From an uncultured Bacilli bacterium (GTDB taxonomy: Bacteria; Bacillota_I; Bacilli_A; RF39; UBA660): DNA of 64,000 nucleotides. Location: the NCBI GenBank assembly GCA_947623685.1, contig CANQHF010000002.1:17913-81912 (forward strand), given 5' to 3'. Position 1 is the first letter of the stretch; each line of letters begins with the position of its first letter. The position numbers were made by a program, and so were the translations under genes. Below are positions 16,081-25,710 of the stretch, one piece after another. Under the pieces are notes generated by a model. The model was not told where the DNA came from and did no database searches. It saw nothing but the letters and a program-made list of their open reading frames with translations.

Positions 16081-16202
16081 ATATTCACCTCTATTCTCTT
16101 TCGGTTGAATTTTTTTCAACTCTAATTAGAGTCTAGCATTATATAATCATAATGTCAATAGAAAAAATGAATTTTTTTCAATTTAGTTGACAATTTTTCA
16201 AG
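15854..16202. promoter_or_regulatory. Four copies of a 17-bp palindromic operator-like motif, GTTGAA-N5-TTCAAC
   Basis: Copies are gttgaacttttttcaac (15854..15870), gttgaatttttttcaac (16104..16120), aatgaatttttttcaat (16166..16182) and gttgacaatttttcaag (16186..16202). The last one overlaps the -35 of the repressor promoter. Confidence 0.6.
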
Positions 16203-16215
16203 TGTACTATATAAT
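16187..16215 (+). promoter_or_regulatory. Consensus promoter TTGACA-17 nt-TATAAT for the repressor operon
   Basis: -35 at 16187..16192 and -10 at 16210..16215, upstream of the ATG at 16232. Confidence 0.6.
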
Positions 16216-16231
16216 TATTTTGGTGATTGAT

Positions 16232-16597
16232 ATGAAAAAGGAAACTTTTGCTGCCAGATTAAAAAAGGCAATGGATATTAATAATTTTAAACAATCCGAT
16301 TTAGCCAGAAAAACAAATTTAGATAAAACTTTAATAAATAAATATTTAAGTGGTGTTTCTGAAGCTGGTAATGATAAATTAACGATTCTAGGCGAAGCAT
16401 TAGGTGTTAGTGAAGTATGGTTAATGGGCTATGATGTTCCTATGACTAATAATGAACATCAAGGAAAAGTATTCGATGAATTAGAAGTTTTATTTAAAAA
16501 ACATCGTGATATTTTAACTAAAGATGATGAAGAAACAATGAAATTCTTAATTGAAAAAAGAGCAAGAGAAATAGACGAACAAAATAATGATCAATAA
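16232..16597 (+). CDS. cI/ImmR-like XRE-family phage repressor
   Basis: Start MKKETFAARLKKAMD. HTH segment FKQSDLARKTNLDKTLINKYLSG. There is no S24 autoprotease domain. It is followed by an ImmA-like gene. Confidence 0.75.
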   Translation: MKKETFAARLKKAMDINNFKQSDLARKTNLDKTLINKYLSGVSEAGNDKLTILGEALGVSEVWLMGYDVPMTNNEHQGKVFDELEVLFKKHRDILTKDDEETMKFLIEKRAREIDEQNNDQ

Positions 16598-16644
16598 GTA
16601 TGCTAGTAAAGATACTTAATAAAGAATGAAGAGGTGTATTAAGT

Positions 16645-16974
16645 ATGAATTTATATAGTTTATTAATTGGTGATATAACACAGCAAGAATTATTAAATTA
16701 TTATAATGCAACTATCACATATGAAAATTTACCTAATGATGTTGATGGTTGTGTATTTAGTTATAAAGATGTTAATAATATAATGATCAATAAGAATTTA
16801 TCTCAATATAAAAGAAAAAAAGTAGTTCTTCACGAACTAGCTCATATTGAATTAAATCAACTTAATCAAATAAATAAAGATATGTTAGCATTTAAAGTTA
16901 GCAAGTATGAAGATGAAGCTGATAAATATGTAAAACTCTTATTAGAGAGTATTAAAATGATTAAAACATGCTAG
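16645..16974 (+). CDS. ImmA/IrrE-family zinc metallopeptidase (anti-repressor protease)
   Basis: HEXXH motif (VVLHELAHIEL). Position immediately after the repressor matches ImmR/ImmA modules. Confidence 0.65.
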   Translation: MNLYSLLIGDITQQELLNYYNATITYENLPNDVDGCVFSYKDVNNIMINKNLSQYKRKKVVLHELAHIELNQLNQINKDMLAFKVSKYEDEADKYVKLLLESIKMIKTC

Positions 16975-17020
16975 TACAGATGTTTTAATATAGAAGTATA
17001 TTAAGAGAGGAGGTACTAGA

Positions 17021-17248
17021 ATGGCTAACTATCAAACAATTACATCTGATAAAGAAAAAAAGAAAGCATTAATTTATTGTGCTTGGGGTGGATGGTTCGG
17101 TTTACATCAATACTATGTAGGTAACATAGGAAAAGGTATTTTATATAGTTGTACATTTGGTTTATGTTTGCTTGGCTGGATTGGTGATTTAATCAAAATT
17201 TCTACAGGCACATTTAGAGATAATACAGGTGCACCTTTAAGGCAATAA
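17021..17248 (+). CDS. TM2-domain small membrane protein
   Basis: 75 aa. The TM2-like pattern is CAWGGWFGLHQYYVGNIGKGILY...LLGWIGDLI. Confidence 0.6.
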   Translation: MANYQTITSDKEKKKALIYCAWGGWFGLHQYYVGNIGKGILYSCTFGLCLLGWIGDLIKISTGTFRDNTGAPLRQ

Positions 17249-17343
17249 AAAAGATAGTCCCTCGCCAAAGTCGACTATCTAAATGAAAAAACTCTACTTG
17301 TTTTTTCTATACCCTATTTTACCAAATAAAGGAGGTTTTGTAA

Positions 17344-18471
17344 ATGAAAATAATCAAATATAAAGGAATCACAATTTATAAAGATAAGCCAACTAAAGAT
17401 GGTAGATGCTACTATTTTAAAAAGTATAAAAATGGGAAGCACTATTCTTCTGCTAAATACAGAACCACCGAAGAAGTAGAAAAAGCCTATTCAATGTTTG
17501 TATTAAAAAATGAAAATCCTATAAATAAAAGATTTGATTTAGTAGCTAAAGATTATTTCGAATATATGTACAAAACAAAGAAAGAATCAACTGTGTATTG
17601 CTACGAAATGGCATATAACAAGCATATATACCCTTATTTTAAGAGTTTTTATATAAATAAGGTAAATATTCAAGATATACGTAAATGGGCTGAAAATATG
17701 GAAAAAAAAGGTCTTTCAATTAGATATTTAAATAAATGCTATGACATTCTTAAAACCATATTTGATTTTGCAATGAAAAATTATTCTTTAAATTCTAATC
17801 CTGTGCAAATTTTTGGTAGATTTCAAAAGAAAAATGATGAAGTTATAAAAGATGAAGAAAAAATAAGATACATAACTTTAGAAGAATTTAATAAATTTAT
17901 ATCTGTTATTACTGTTCCTTTATGGAAAACTTTCTTTATAACATTATTCTACACTGGATGTCGTAAGTCTGAATTACAAGCTTTGACCTGGAATGATATT
18001 AATTTTAATAACAATGAAATAACAATAGATAAAATAATATCTGTTAAAACAACAGAACATTATAAAATTACGAATACAAAAAACGCCGTTAATAGAAAAA
18101 TTAAAATGAGTAAAACATTAAGAGATTGTTTACTAGAATATAAAAATGAAGTTATGAAATATAAAGATTATTCAGATGATTGGTTTGTATTTGGAAATAC
18201 TAGATTCTTACCCCAAACCAACATAGATAGAAAAAAGCATGAATATTTTAAATTATCTAATGTTAGAGAAATAACAATACACGAATTTAGACACAGTCAT
18301 GTTTCTCTTTTGATCAATGAATATGTTAAATCAGGGCAAACGGACACCGCTAAATTTTTTCTAATGGTGTCAAATCGAATGGGACATTCTATTGATGTTA
18401 TGCAAAAAACATATATGCATTTATTCCCAACAATTCAAGATGAAATCGTTGATTTATTAGATAATTTATAA
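17344..18471 (+). CDS. int: Tyrosine integrase
   Basis: 375 aa. Catalytic residues are in TGCRKSELQAL (R), IHEFRHSHVSLL (HxxR) and GHSIDVMQKTYMHL (H, Y). Adjacent to the ssrA 3' end. Confidence 0.9.
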   Translation: MKIIKYKGITIYKDKPTKDGRCYYFKKYKNGKHYSSAKYRTTEEVEKAYSMFVLKNENPINKRFDLVAKDYFEYMYKTKKESTVYCYEMAYNKHIYPYFKSFYINKVNIQDIRKWAENMEKKGLSIRYLNKCYDILKTIFDFAMKNYSLNSNPVQIFGRFQKKNDEVIKDEEKIRYITLEEFNKFISVITVPLWKTFFITLFYTGCRKSELQALTWNDINFNNNEITIDKIISVKTTEHYKITNTKNAVNRKIKMSKTLRDCLLEYKNEVMKYKDYSDDWFVFGNTRFLPQTNIDRKKHEYFKLSNVREITIHEFRHSHVSLLINEYVKSGQTDTAKFFLMVSNRMGHSIDVMQKTYMHLFPTIQDEIVDLLDNL

Positions 18472-18477
18472 AAATAC

Positions 18478-18500
18478 TTGGTTTGAAATTTGGTTTGAAA
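18478..18500. repeat. Tandem direct repeat TTGGTTTGAAA x2 with 12-bp period
   Basis: Copies at 18478..18488 and 18490..18500, between the int stop and the tmRNA 3' end. Possibly an integrase arm-type site. Confidence 0.5.
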
Positions 18501-18528
18501 AATAAAACTCCTTATAAAATAAGGAGTT
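18495..18528 (-). terminator. Intrinsic terminator downstream of ssrA
   Basis: On the minus strand, AACTCCTTA-TTTTA-TAAGGAGTT is followed by TTATTTTT. The stem spans 18506..18514 and 18520..18528. Confidence 0.65.
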
Positions 18529-18537
18529 ATTTGCTAT

Positions 18538-18900
18538 TGGTGGAGCTGACGAGATTTGAACTCGTGTCCGAAAAGTATTCCACTACAGTCTCTACAAGTT
18601 TAGTTAGTAATTAAATTTAATTAAATGATAAAGGTAACTAACATACCCACCAAATAACGAGTTTAGTAGAATTCGTTATTCTTTCCTAAACAAAAAGAAT
18701 AATATAACTCACTTAAATGAGCCTCTTAAAAAGTCCGTGAGTAAAACTTAAAAAGAAGCGCTTTTTCTATTAAAGACTAGGCAGCGCAAGCTGCAAAAGC
18801 ATAATTATTTGTTTTGTTATTTATTTTTGTTTGCACGTAAGGAGTGCCTTCCACTTGCAACTTTAGATTCCTACCTTCCGTCGAAACCAATAACAGCCCC
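18538..18900 (-). ncRNA. ssrA: tmRNA (transfer-messenger RNA)
   Basis: The minus strand begins GGGGCTGTTATTGGTTTCGACGG and ends ACGAGTTCAAATCTCGTCAGCTCCACCA (T-arm, acceptor, CCA). An internal tag ORF ends ...NNYAFAACAA-TAG. The listed 68-aa ORF 18777..18983 is this RNA gene. Confidence 0.92.
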
Positions 18901-18921
18901 ATATAAATAAATAACATTGCT

Positions 18922-18927
18922 ATTATA
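18922..18927 (-). promoter_or_regulatory. Extended -10 (TGTTATAAT) upstream of ssrA
   Basis: The minus strand reads ATGTTATAATAGC about 22 nt upstream of the mature 5' GGGG. Confidence 0.35.
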
Positions 18928-18948
18928 ACATAAATTTTATAAAAAATA

Positions 18949-18977
18949 TTGTTAAATTTTGTAGTATTTCGTATAAT
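18949..18977 (+). promoter_or_regulatory. Promoter TTGTTA-17 nt-TATAAT
   Basis: -35 at 18949..18954 and -10 at 18972..18977, upstream of the ATG at 18995. Confidence 0.5.
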
Positions 18978-18994
18978 TAACATGTGGTGATTAT

Positions 18995-20278
18995 ATGAAA
19001 GACAAAATTAATGATAAAAAAAGAAAAAAAAGAATTTTTATTTTTAGAGTTATTCCTTTAATTATGATTCCTTTTTTAACAGTTTTAACGATAATATCAA
19101 CGCATTCTACAAGATTAATTATTATTCCTATAAATTATTTAGTTTATGTATTATTATCATTTTTTATCTATTTATTTATTATTAGTTTTTTCATAATAAA
19201 AAGAAGTAGTAAAAAAAAGAAATTAATTTATCGAATACTTATCTTAATTATTTTAATAATATACATATCAGGATGTTGTTCTTTTACGTTTTTATTATAT
19301 GGACCATATGATAAATTTAGAAACTGGTTTATTTCAACATCAATGAGTACGATGAGTCATCAATACATATGTAAATGGTTTTATAGTGATAAAGAAATAA
19401 ATAAAGTAATTAAAAACAATTATACTAAAGAAGTAGATGAAGATACTGATACTGATTTAATTGATATGGAAGAAGAAGAAACTTATGCTAATGAGTATGA
19501 AAAACAAATATTAAAAAGAAATAAAGATGATGCATACAAAATAATTGAATTAGAAGTTAATGGACAAAAAGCTTATTTAGCAGCCGTATATGACCCAAGT
19601 AAAGTAAAAGTTGCGGTATCTAGGGGTGTTGGAAGATATGGCCAGTATGCAACTAAAATAGCAGAAGATAACCAAGCTATACTAGCGGTAAACGGCGGTG
19701 GATTTGGTAATGCTCCTGATAATCAAACTGGTGGTAGGCCAACTGGAGTTACCATATCAAATGGTAGAGTAATAACCGATAACACTTACTCATCTGATGC
19801 ACAGTCCGGTGGATTAATAGGTATGACCTATGATAATAAGTTAGTACTAATTAAAAACGCTACCGCTTATAAAGCAAAAAGTATGAACGTGCGTGATGGA
19901 GTATCATGGGGACCATTTTTAATAGTTAATGGCAAAAAATCATTCATTAAAGGTAATGGTGGATGGGGTTACGCCGCAAGAACCGCAATTGGTCAAAGAA
20001 GCGATGGAATAATTTTACTATTAGTAGTTAATAGTAATTCCACTAGAACAAAAGGTGCTGATATGGGAGATTTAACCGAAATTATGAGTAATTACGGTGC
20101 TATTAACGCCGCAAATTTAGATGGTGGAACTTCTACCGTTATGATTCTTCCTAAAGTGGAAGCCTTAAAATATAGAAGTGATTGTACTGATAATTATTGT
20201 TATATAAATGATCCTATTGATTCTGCTTTAAGACATAAAACAAGGGGCATACCAACAACTATAATAGTAACAAAATAA
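18995..20278 (+). CDS. Membrane-anchored phosphodiester glycosidase-family (NAGPA/DUF2233-like) protein
   Basis: 427 aa. Several N-terminal TM helices, with a C-terminal domain containing LAVNGGGF...GPFLIVNGK...AANLDGGTST. Confidence 0.55.
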   Translation: MKDKINDKKRKKRIFIFRVIPLIMIPFLTVLTIISTHSTRLIIIPINYLVYVLLSFFIYLFIISFFIIKRSSKKKKLIYRILILIILIIYISGCCSFTFLLYGPYDKFRNWFISTSMSTMSHQYICKWFYSDKEINKVIKNNYTKEVDEDTDTDLIDMEEEETYANEYEKQILKRNKDDAYKIIELEVNGQKAYLAAVYDPSKVKVAVSRGVGRYGQYATKIAEDNQAILAVNGGGFGNAPDNQTGGRPTGVTISNGRVITDNTYSSDAQSGGLIGMTYDNKLVLIKNATAYKAKSMNVRDGVSWGPFLIVNGKKSFIKGNGGWGYAARTAIGQRSDGIILLLVVNSNSTRTKGADMGDLTEIMSNYGAINAANLDGGTSTVMILPKVEALKYRSDCTDNYCYINDPIDSALRHKTRGIPTTIIVTK

Positions 20279-20299
20279 AGATTCCGTTTTGGAATCTTT
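20277..20299. terminator. Bidirectional hairpin terminator
   Basis: Stem aaagattcc (20277..20285) and ggaatcttt (20291..20299), between convergent genes. Confidence 0.55.
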
Positions 20300-20741
20300 A
20301 TTTATATTTACTAATGTTTTTTTCTATATCTCTTTTTATATCCTTTTCTTTTAGGCTTTGCCTTTTATCATACTGCTTTTTTCCTTTTGCAACACCTAAT
20401 AATATTTTTGCCTTTCCTTCTTTTAAATAAAGTTTTACTGGCACTAAAGAATAACCATCTTTTTCTACTTTATCCCTTATTTTATAAATTTCTTTTTTAT
20501 GTAATAAAAGTTTTCTTTCTCTTCTTTCATCATGGTTAAAACGATTACCTTCTTCATAAAAAGCGATAAACATATTAATTAAAAATATTTCATTATTTTT
20601 TATTCTGGCATAACAATCTTTTAAATTACAGCTACCCTTACGGATGGATTTTATTTCAGTTCCTGTTAAAACAATACCACACTCATAAGTATCTTCTATA
20701 AAATAATCAAAGTTAGCTTTTTTATTTTTTATTTCTATCAC
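20298..20741 (-). CDS. smpB: SsrA-binding protein SmpB
   Basis: 147 aa. Typical SmpB sequence (KNKKANFDY...GTEIKS...LLLHKKEI...[17 protein letters not shown]). Confidence 0.92.
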   Translation of the reverse strand: MIEIKNKKANFDYFIEDTYECGIVLTGTEIKSIRKGSCNLKDCYARIKNNEIFLINMFIAFYEEGNRFNHDERRERKLLLHKKEIYKIRDKVEKDGYSLVPVKLYLKEGKAKILLGVAKGKKQYDKRQSLKEKDIKRDIEKNISKYK

Positions 20742-21895
20742 TATTTCACCTCAATTATGTTTTCATACCTATTTAAAACTGATTTATATTTATTATAATA
20801 TGTTTCGTAGTTATTTAAAATACCATTATTTAATTTTGTATAAGGATATACTTTAAAATTACGGCTTCCCTTAAAATAAGTATATATAAGGTCGGCTTTA
20901 ACATCACTAAACTCTATACTACCATCCTTTGTTTTTTTAATATTTAAATAAGCAATGGCACCAGTTTGTTTATCTACTGTGTCTTGAGCTGAAATAAAAT
21001 TTCCTAAAGCATAAAAGACTAAGGTATCATTAATCTTTTCTACTGGTTGTAAACTATGGGCATGGTTACCTATAATTAGGTTAACTCCCATATCGGAAAG
21101 TTCTTTTGCAACCTGTTTTTGATTACTACTAGGGTAAGTTGTATATTCTTCTCCCCAATGCATTGATACTATTATTAAATCTACTTTATCTTTTACTTTT
21201 TCAATGTCTTCTTTTGCTTTTTCTTTTGAATAAATATTAGTTAAATACTCTTTACCAGATGGCGGTAATAAACCGTTTGTAACGGTAGTGTATGCAAAAA
21301 ACGCATACTTAATACCATTTTTCTCTAAAATCTTAATATTACTTTCTCTATCTTCGAAAGATAACGCTTGTCCAGTATAATAAACTCCTGGTTTGGTTTT
21401 CCAATAATTAACCGAGTTTATGACGCCCTTTTCTCCTTTATCCATGGTATGGTTATTAGCTAAACTAACTAGGTTAAATCCTAAGTTAATCATAGCATCA
21501 CCAATTTCTTCTGGAGAATTAAACCTAGGATAAGCAGATAATCCTAATTCTTTACCACCTATAATGCTTTCTTGATTATAAAAAGCTAAATCATGGCCTT
21601 GTATTAAATCTTTTACTTCAGTAAACATCTTATCAAAAGAGTACGTTCCATCACTATTTAAAGCATCAGTGTATACAAAGCGATGAATTAAACAATCACC
21701 AACCATTACAACACTAAGTTCATTTGAATCTGGCTTCTTAGTGGTAGTAGTTACTACAGGTTTCTTTTTAGAATTATCCTTTGAGTTTTTCCTATAATCT
21801 TTTATGTAACTAGTTAATACAATAATAAACACTGATAATAAAATTAATATTAAAAGGATTTTAACCCATTTTTTTAGTTTCCTTTTCTTCTTCAT
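20741..21895 (-). CDS. CapA-family (PGA_cap) metallophosphatase-like membrane-anchored protein
   Basis: 384 aa with an N-terminal TM helix. Motifs VMVGDCLIH...ANNHTMD...SMHWGEEY...GNHAHS. Confidence 0.7.
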   Translation of the reverse strand: MKKKRKLKKWVKILLILILLSVFIIVLTSYIKDYRKNSKDNSKKKPVVTTTTKKPDSNELSVVMVGDCLIHRFVYTDALNSDGTYSFDKMFTEVKDLIQGHDLAFYNQESIIGGKELGLSAYPRFNSPEEIGDAMINLGFNLVSLANNHTMDKGEKGVINSVNYWKTKPGVYYTGQALSFEDRESNIKILEKNGIKYAFFAYTTVTNGLLPPSGKEYLTNIYSKEKAKEDIEKVKDKVDLIIVSMHWGEEYTTYPSSNQKQVAKELSDMGVNLIIGNHAHSLQPVEKINDTLVFYALGNFISAQDTVDKQTGAIAYLNIKKTKDGSIEFSDVKADLIYTYFKGSRNFKVYPYTKLNNGILNNYETYYNKYKSVLNRYENIIEVK

Positions 21896-24005
21896 CTACT
21901 GCACTGCTTTCTTTTTTTATTTCAAAATCAATGAATGACTCATCTTTTGATGCTGATTTACAAATAACTTTTACTTCTTGACCAATCCTATATCTTTTTT
22001 TAGTTTTTTGACCAATTAAAGACATTGTCTTTTCATCATAATTATAATAATCTCCAGACATATCACTTATGTGTACTAAACCTTCTATCATATTAGGTAA
22101 TTCTACAAACATTCCAAATGATGTAACCCCACTTATCATACCAGTAAATTCTTCTCCAATATGATCCATCATATATTCGGCCATTTTCATATCTTCTACT
22201 TGCCTTTCACATTCAATGGCATCTCTTTCTTTTATAGAAGTATGTTCCGCTAAAACCGGTAAATACTCTTTAAAATAATCCGTTGTCTTTTTTGATAAAT
22301 CATTTTCATATAAGTAAGTTCTAAGAAGTCTATGTACAGTTGTGTCAGGAAATCTTCTAATTGGAGAAGTAAAATGGGTATATATTTTACTTGCTAAACC
22401 AAAGTGACCAATATTATCTGTTTGATAAACGGCTTTTTGCATCGCTCTTAACATTAAAGAAGATAGTATCTTATATTCTTTTTTATCCTTTAGTTGTTCA
22501 AGAATATTTTCAATTGATGATGGATAATTAACGTTTACCTTGCCCGTTATTTTATATCCTAAAGAACTGATAAAATTTAAAAAGTCATTAACTTTTTCTT
22601 CCTTTGGTGTTCCATGAACCCTATATATAAACGGAAGCTCCATATAAAAAATATGGGTTGCAACGGTTTCATTAGCAGCTATCATAAAATCCTCAATCAT
22701 TTTTTCACCAGATGCCCTATCTCTTAATACAACATCTATCGGTTTACCGTTTTCATCTGCTAATATTTTAGCTTCATCTGTATCAAAATTTATTGCACCA
22801 CGAGCTTCTCTTCTTTTTCTTATTATGTCTGCTAATTCTTTCATCAAACTTAAATCATCTTTAAATGGTTCATATCCATCTTCTACGATACCTTCATCTA
22901 GCCATTTATTAACTTTTTTATAAGTCATCTGGATTCTAGATTTTATAACACTTTCAAAAATTTCGTGAGAAACAACATTACCCTTTGGATCAATTTCCAT
23001 TACACAACTTTGCGTTAAACGTTCTACGTTTGGATTTAAAGAACATATACCATTAGATAACTTATGTGGAAGCATCGGAATTACTCTATCTACCAAATAT
23101 ACACTTGTCGATCTTTCATAAGCTTCTTCATAAAGTCTAGTTCCTGGTTTAACATAATAAGATACATCCGCAATGTGTACACCTAATTCGTAATTTCCAT
23201 TAGAAAGTTTTTTTATTGAAATGGCATCATCAATATCTTTTGTATCATCACCATCTATCGTAAATATTGTTAAATCAGTTAAATTACGTCTTCCTATTTT
23301 ATCTTCTGGCAAAACTTCATCTGGAAGCTCGTTTGCTTCAGCGATTACATCATCTGGAAAACTTGCAGAAAAATTATTTTTATAAACAATTTCTAAAACG
23401 TCAACACCAACATCATTTTTATGACCTATTATGGTTTTTATCTCGGCTAAAATAGTGTTTTTATCTAACTCTTTTATAACATTTAGCACAACGATGTTGC
23501 CATCAACTGCGTTTTTGGTACTTTCTTTTGTTAACACTATTTTTTGCTTAAATTTTTTATCTTTTAAAATAACCGTTGGATTACCATCATTATAAGTGTA
23601 TTCACCAACTATCACGCCATAATTTCTAGCGGCTATTCGAAGCACTCTTCCTTCTTTTTTAGAACCAGTGTTATTATTTGTTATCTCAACTATAACAAAA
23701 TCACCATCTATCGCGCCATTTAAATGGTCTTTTTCAACGTGAATATCATCTTCATCTTCCATTAAAACAAAACCAAATCCCTTTTCGGAAACTGATATTT
23801 TTCCCTTTTTTAAATGACTATATTCAAACGCCATATATTTGTCTTTATTTGTATGATAAATGGTTAAATCTCTTTCAAGTTCATTTAAAATGGATAACAT
23901 CTTTTCTATTTCATCGGTTGTGACAAGTCCCATTATATCCTTTAATTCTACGGAAGTATAGGCTTTATCTTTTTCTTTTAATATGTTTAATATTCTATCT
24001 TTCAA
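21861..24005 (-). CDS. rnr: Ribonuclease R
   Basis: 714 aa. The RNB domain carries the motif FTIDGDDTKDIDDAIS, and there is a C-terminal S1 domain. Confidence 0.92.
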   Translation of the reverse strand: MKDRILNILKEKDKAYTSVELKDIMGLVTTDEIEKMLSILNELERDLTIYHTNKDKYMAFEYSHLKKGKISVSEKGFGFVLMEDEDDIHVEKDHLNGAIDGDFVIVEITNNNTGSKKEGRVLRIAARNYGVIVGEYTYNDGNPTVILKDKKFKQKIVLTKESTKNAVDGNIVVLNVIKELDKNTILAEIKTIIGHKNDVGVDVLEIVYKNNFSASFPDDVIAEANELPDEVLPEDKIGRRNLTDLTIFTIDGDDTKDIDDAISIKKLSNGNYELGVHIADVSYYVKPGTRLYEEAYERSTSVYLVDRVIPMLPHKLSNGICSLNPNVERLTQSCVMEIDPKGNVVSHEIFESVIKSRIQMTYKKVNKWLDEGIVEDGYEPFKDDLSLMKELADIIRKRREARGAINFDTDEAKILADENGKPIDVVLRDRASGEKMIEDFMIAANETVATHIFYMELPFIYRVHGTPKEEKVNDFLNFISSLGYKITGKVNVNYPSSIENILEQLKDKKEYKILSSLMLRAMQKAVYQTDNIGHFGLASKIYTHFTSPIRRFPDTTVHRLLRTYLYENDLSKKTTDYFKEYLPVLAEHTSIKERDAIECERQVEDMKMAEYMMDHIGEEFTGMISGVTSFGMFVELPNMIEGLVHISDMSGDYYNYDEKTMSLIGQKTKKRYRIGQEVKVICKSASKDESFIDFEIKKESSAVDEEEKETKKMG

Positions 24006-24070
24006 TTTTATTCACCTTACCTAACTATATTATAAAACAAAAAAAAGCTTTTAACCAAGCCTTTTTAATA

Positions 24071-24280
24071 TTACATGTCTATTATTATACATAAAATGAA
24101 AAACGCAATTCCTAGCACATATGTTAATCTTGTAATAAATAGTTCTCCACCACGTTCTTTTCTGTTCATAAACAAATCAGCGTTTCCACCGGTTATGATG
24201 TTTCCACTTTCAGCTTTTTCACTTTGAAAAAGAACTATAATAATAAGTAAAATAGAAACAATCATTAATAAGGTAATCAT
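24071..24280 (-). CDS. secG: Preprotein translocase subunit SecG
   Basis: 69 aa with two TM segments. Sits upstream of rnr-smpB-ssrA as in Bacillus. Confidence 0.75.
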   Translation of the reverse strand: MITLLMIVSILLIIIVLFQSEKAESGNIITGGNADLFMNRKERGGELFITRLTYVLGIAFFILCIIIDM

Positions 24281-24332
24281 AAATATTCCTCCTTGACTAA
24301 TAGCTATTTTAACATATTATACTATAAATAGC

Positions 24333-24361
24333 AAACAAAAAGAACTAAATATTTAGTTCTT
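24333..24361 (-). terminator. Intrinsic terminator after eno
   Basis: On the minus strand, AAGAACTAAAT/ATTTAGTTCTT is followed by TTTGTTTG. It overlaps the eno stop codon. Confidence 0.55.
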
Positions 24362-25574
24362 GTTCAATTCTCATTAACTGATTATATTTACATATCCTAT
24401 CAGTTCTAGACATAGAGCCGGTTTTTATTTGTCCTATATTTAGTCCAACTGCTAAATCACTAATCGTGGTATCTTCGGTTTCACCACTTCTATGTGAAAT
24501 AATTGTTTTATAACCATTTTCTTTAGCAAGTTTAATCGTTTGTAAAGTTTCGGTTATAGTTCCAATTTGATTAACTTTAATTAATATCGCATTACCGGCT
24601 TTCATATCAATTCCTTTTTGTAAATACTTTTTATTTGTAACAAACAAATCATCACCAACAAGCTGAATTTTATCTCCTAATATTTTAGTTATTTTTGAAA
24701 AACCATCCCAATCATTTTCATCAACCGGATCTTCAATTGAAATTATTGGATACTTATTAACTAATTCTTCATAGTATTCTATAAGTTCATCAGTTGTAAG
24801 ACTTCTTTTTTCTCCAACCAAATTATACTTTCCATTATCATAAAATTCTGATGCCGCAACATCAATTGCTAATTTAACATCTTCACCTGGAATATAACCT
24901 GCCTTTTTTATAGCTTCCATTATAAGTTCAAATCCTTGCGTGTTAGATTGTAAATCCGGTGCAAAACCACCTTCATCACCAACTCCCGTAGATAATTTTC
25001 TTTCGTTTAATACAGTCTTTAAGGCGTGAAATACTTCTGATCCAACACGAACTCTTTCCTTAATGGTACTTCTTTGCGGAATGATCATAAATTCTTGAAA
25101 ATCTAATTTATTATCAGCATGCGCACCACCGTTTAAAATATTCATCATTGCAATTGGCATGGTTTTATCGCCTTTAACGTATTGATATAATGGCATACCT
25201 TTTGCGGCTGCCGCTGCTTTTAAGCAAGCCATAGAAACTCCTAAAATAGCGTTAGCACCTAAATTACTTTTCGTTTTTGTTCCGTCTAGTTTTATCATGG
25301 CATCATCTATTTTCTCTTGATCAAAAACATCCATACCAACAATTACCGGCTTTATTATTTCATTAACGTTTTTTACTGCTTTTAAAACTCCTTTACCATT
25401 ATACCTTGATTTATCATTGTCTCTTAATTCAAGAGCTTCCCTTTCTCCAGTTGATGCACCAGATGGAACTGATGCTCTTTTTTTTATACCATTTTCTAGT
25501 AAAACATCAACCTCAACCGTAGGATTACCCCTAGAATCTAAAATTTCTCTTGCTATTATATCTTTTATTTTCAT
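24345..25574 (-). CDS. eno: Enolase
   Basis: 409 aa. Starts [22 protein letters not shown] and contains [12 protein letters not shown]. Confidence 0.95.
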   Translation of the reverse strand: MKIKDIIAREILDSRGNPTVEVDVLLENGIKKRASVPSGASTGEREALELRDNDKSRYNGKGVLKAVKNVNEIIKPVIVGMDVFDQEKIDDAMIKLDGTKTKSNLGANAILGVSMACLKAAAAAKGMPLYQYVKGDKTMPIAMMNILNGGAHADNKLDFQEFMIIPQRSTIKERVRVGSEVFHALKTVLNERKLSTGVGDEGGFAPDLQSNTQGFELIMEAIKKAGYIPGEDVKLAIDVAASEFYDNGKYNLVGEKRSLTTDELIEYYEELVNKYPIISIEDPVDENDWDGFSKITKILGDKIQLVGDDLFVTNKKYLQKGIDMKAGNAILIKVNQIGTITETLQTIKLAKENGYKTIISHRSGETEDTTISDLAVGLNIGQIKTGSMSRTDRICKYNQLMRIEQELNI

Positions 25575-25710
25575 TTTTATTTACCTTTCTACACAACCAT
25601 TATACCATTTATTATCAATAAAATACTAATTTCAATTATTATGTGTAAATTGACTTTATAACGATATTTAGGTTATAATAAAGTATAAGAATAATTAGGA
25701 GGGATTGTTT

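Larger units (their letters stand above)
1..18537. mobile_element. Prophage (siphovirus-like, HK97-type head module, cos/HNH packaging), right-hand portion. The left end lies outside the window. Inserted at the 3' end of ssrA.
   Basis: Contiguous phage modules: tail, head-tail, capsid, protease, portal, TerL, TerS, HNH, late activator, early genes, cro/cI switch and integrase. The integrase stop (18471) lies 67 nt from the tmRNA 3' CCA. Confidence 0.88.

Noticed and set aside
17249-17343. Hairpin gatagtc...gactatc with a GC-rich loop between the TM2 gene and int
   Set aside because: No T-run follows on either strand, so it is not a convincing terminator. It could be an Int/Xis binding site, but there is no repeat support.
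18777-18983. 68-aa ORF ending ...NNYAFAACAA
   Set aside because: It is not a protein gene. It spans the tmRNA gene and its upstream promoter region, and only its C-terminal codons correspond to the tmRNA tag reading frame.
21861-21895. 35-nt overlap between the rnr 3' end and the capA-like 5' end
   Set aside because: Probably ordinary gene overlap or a slightly later true start. Nothing indicates recoding.
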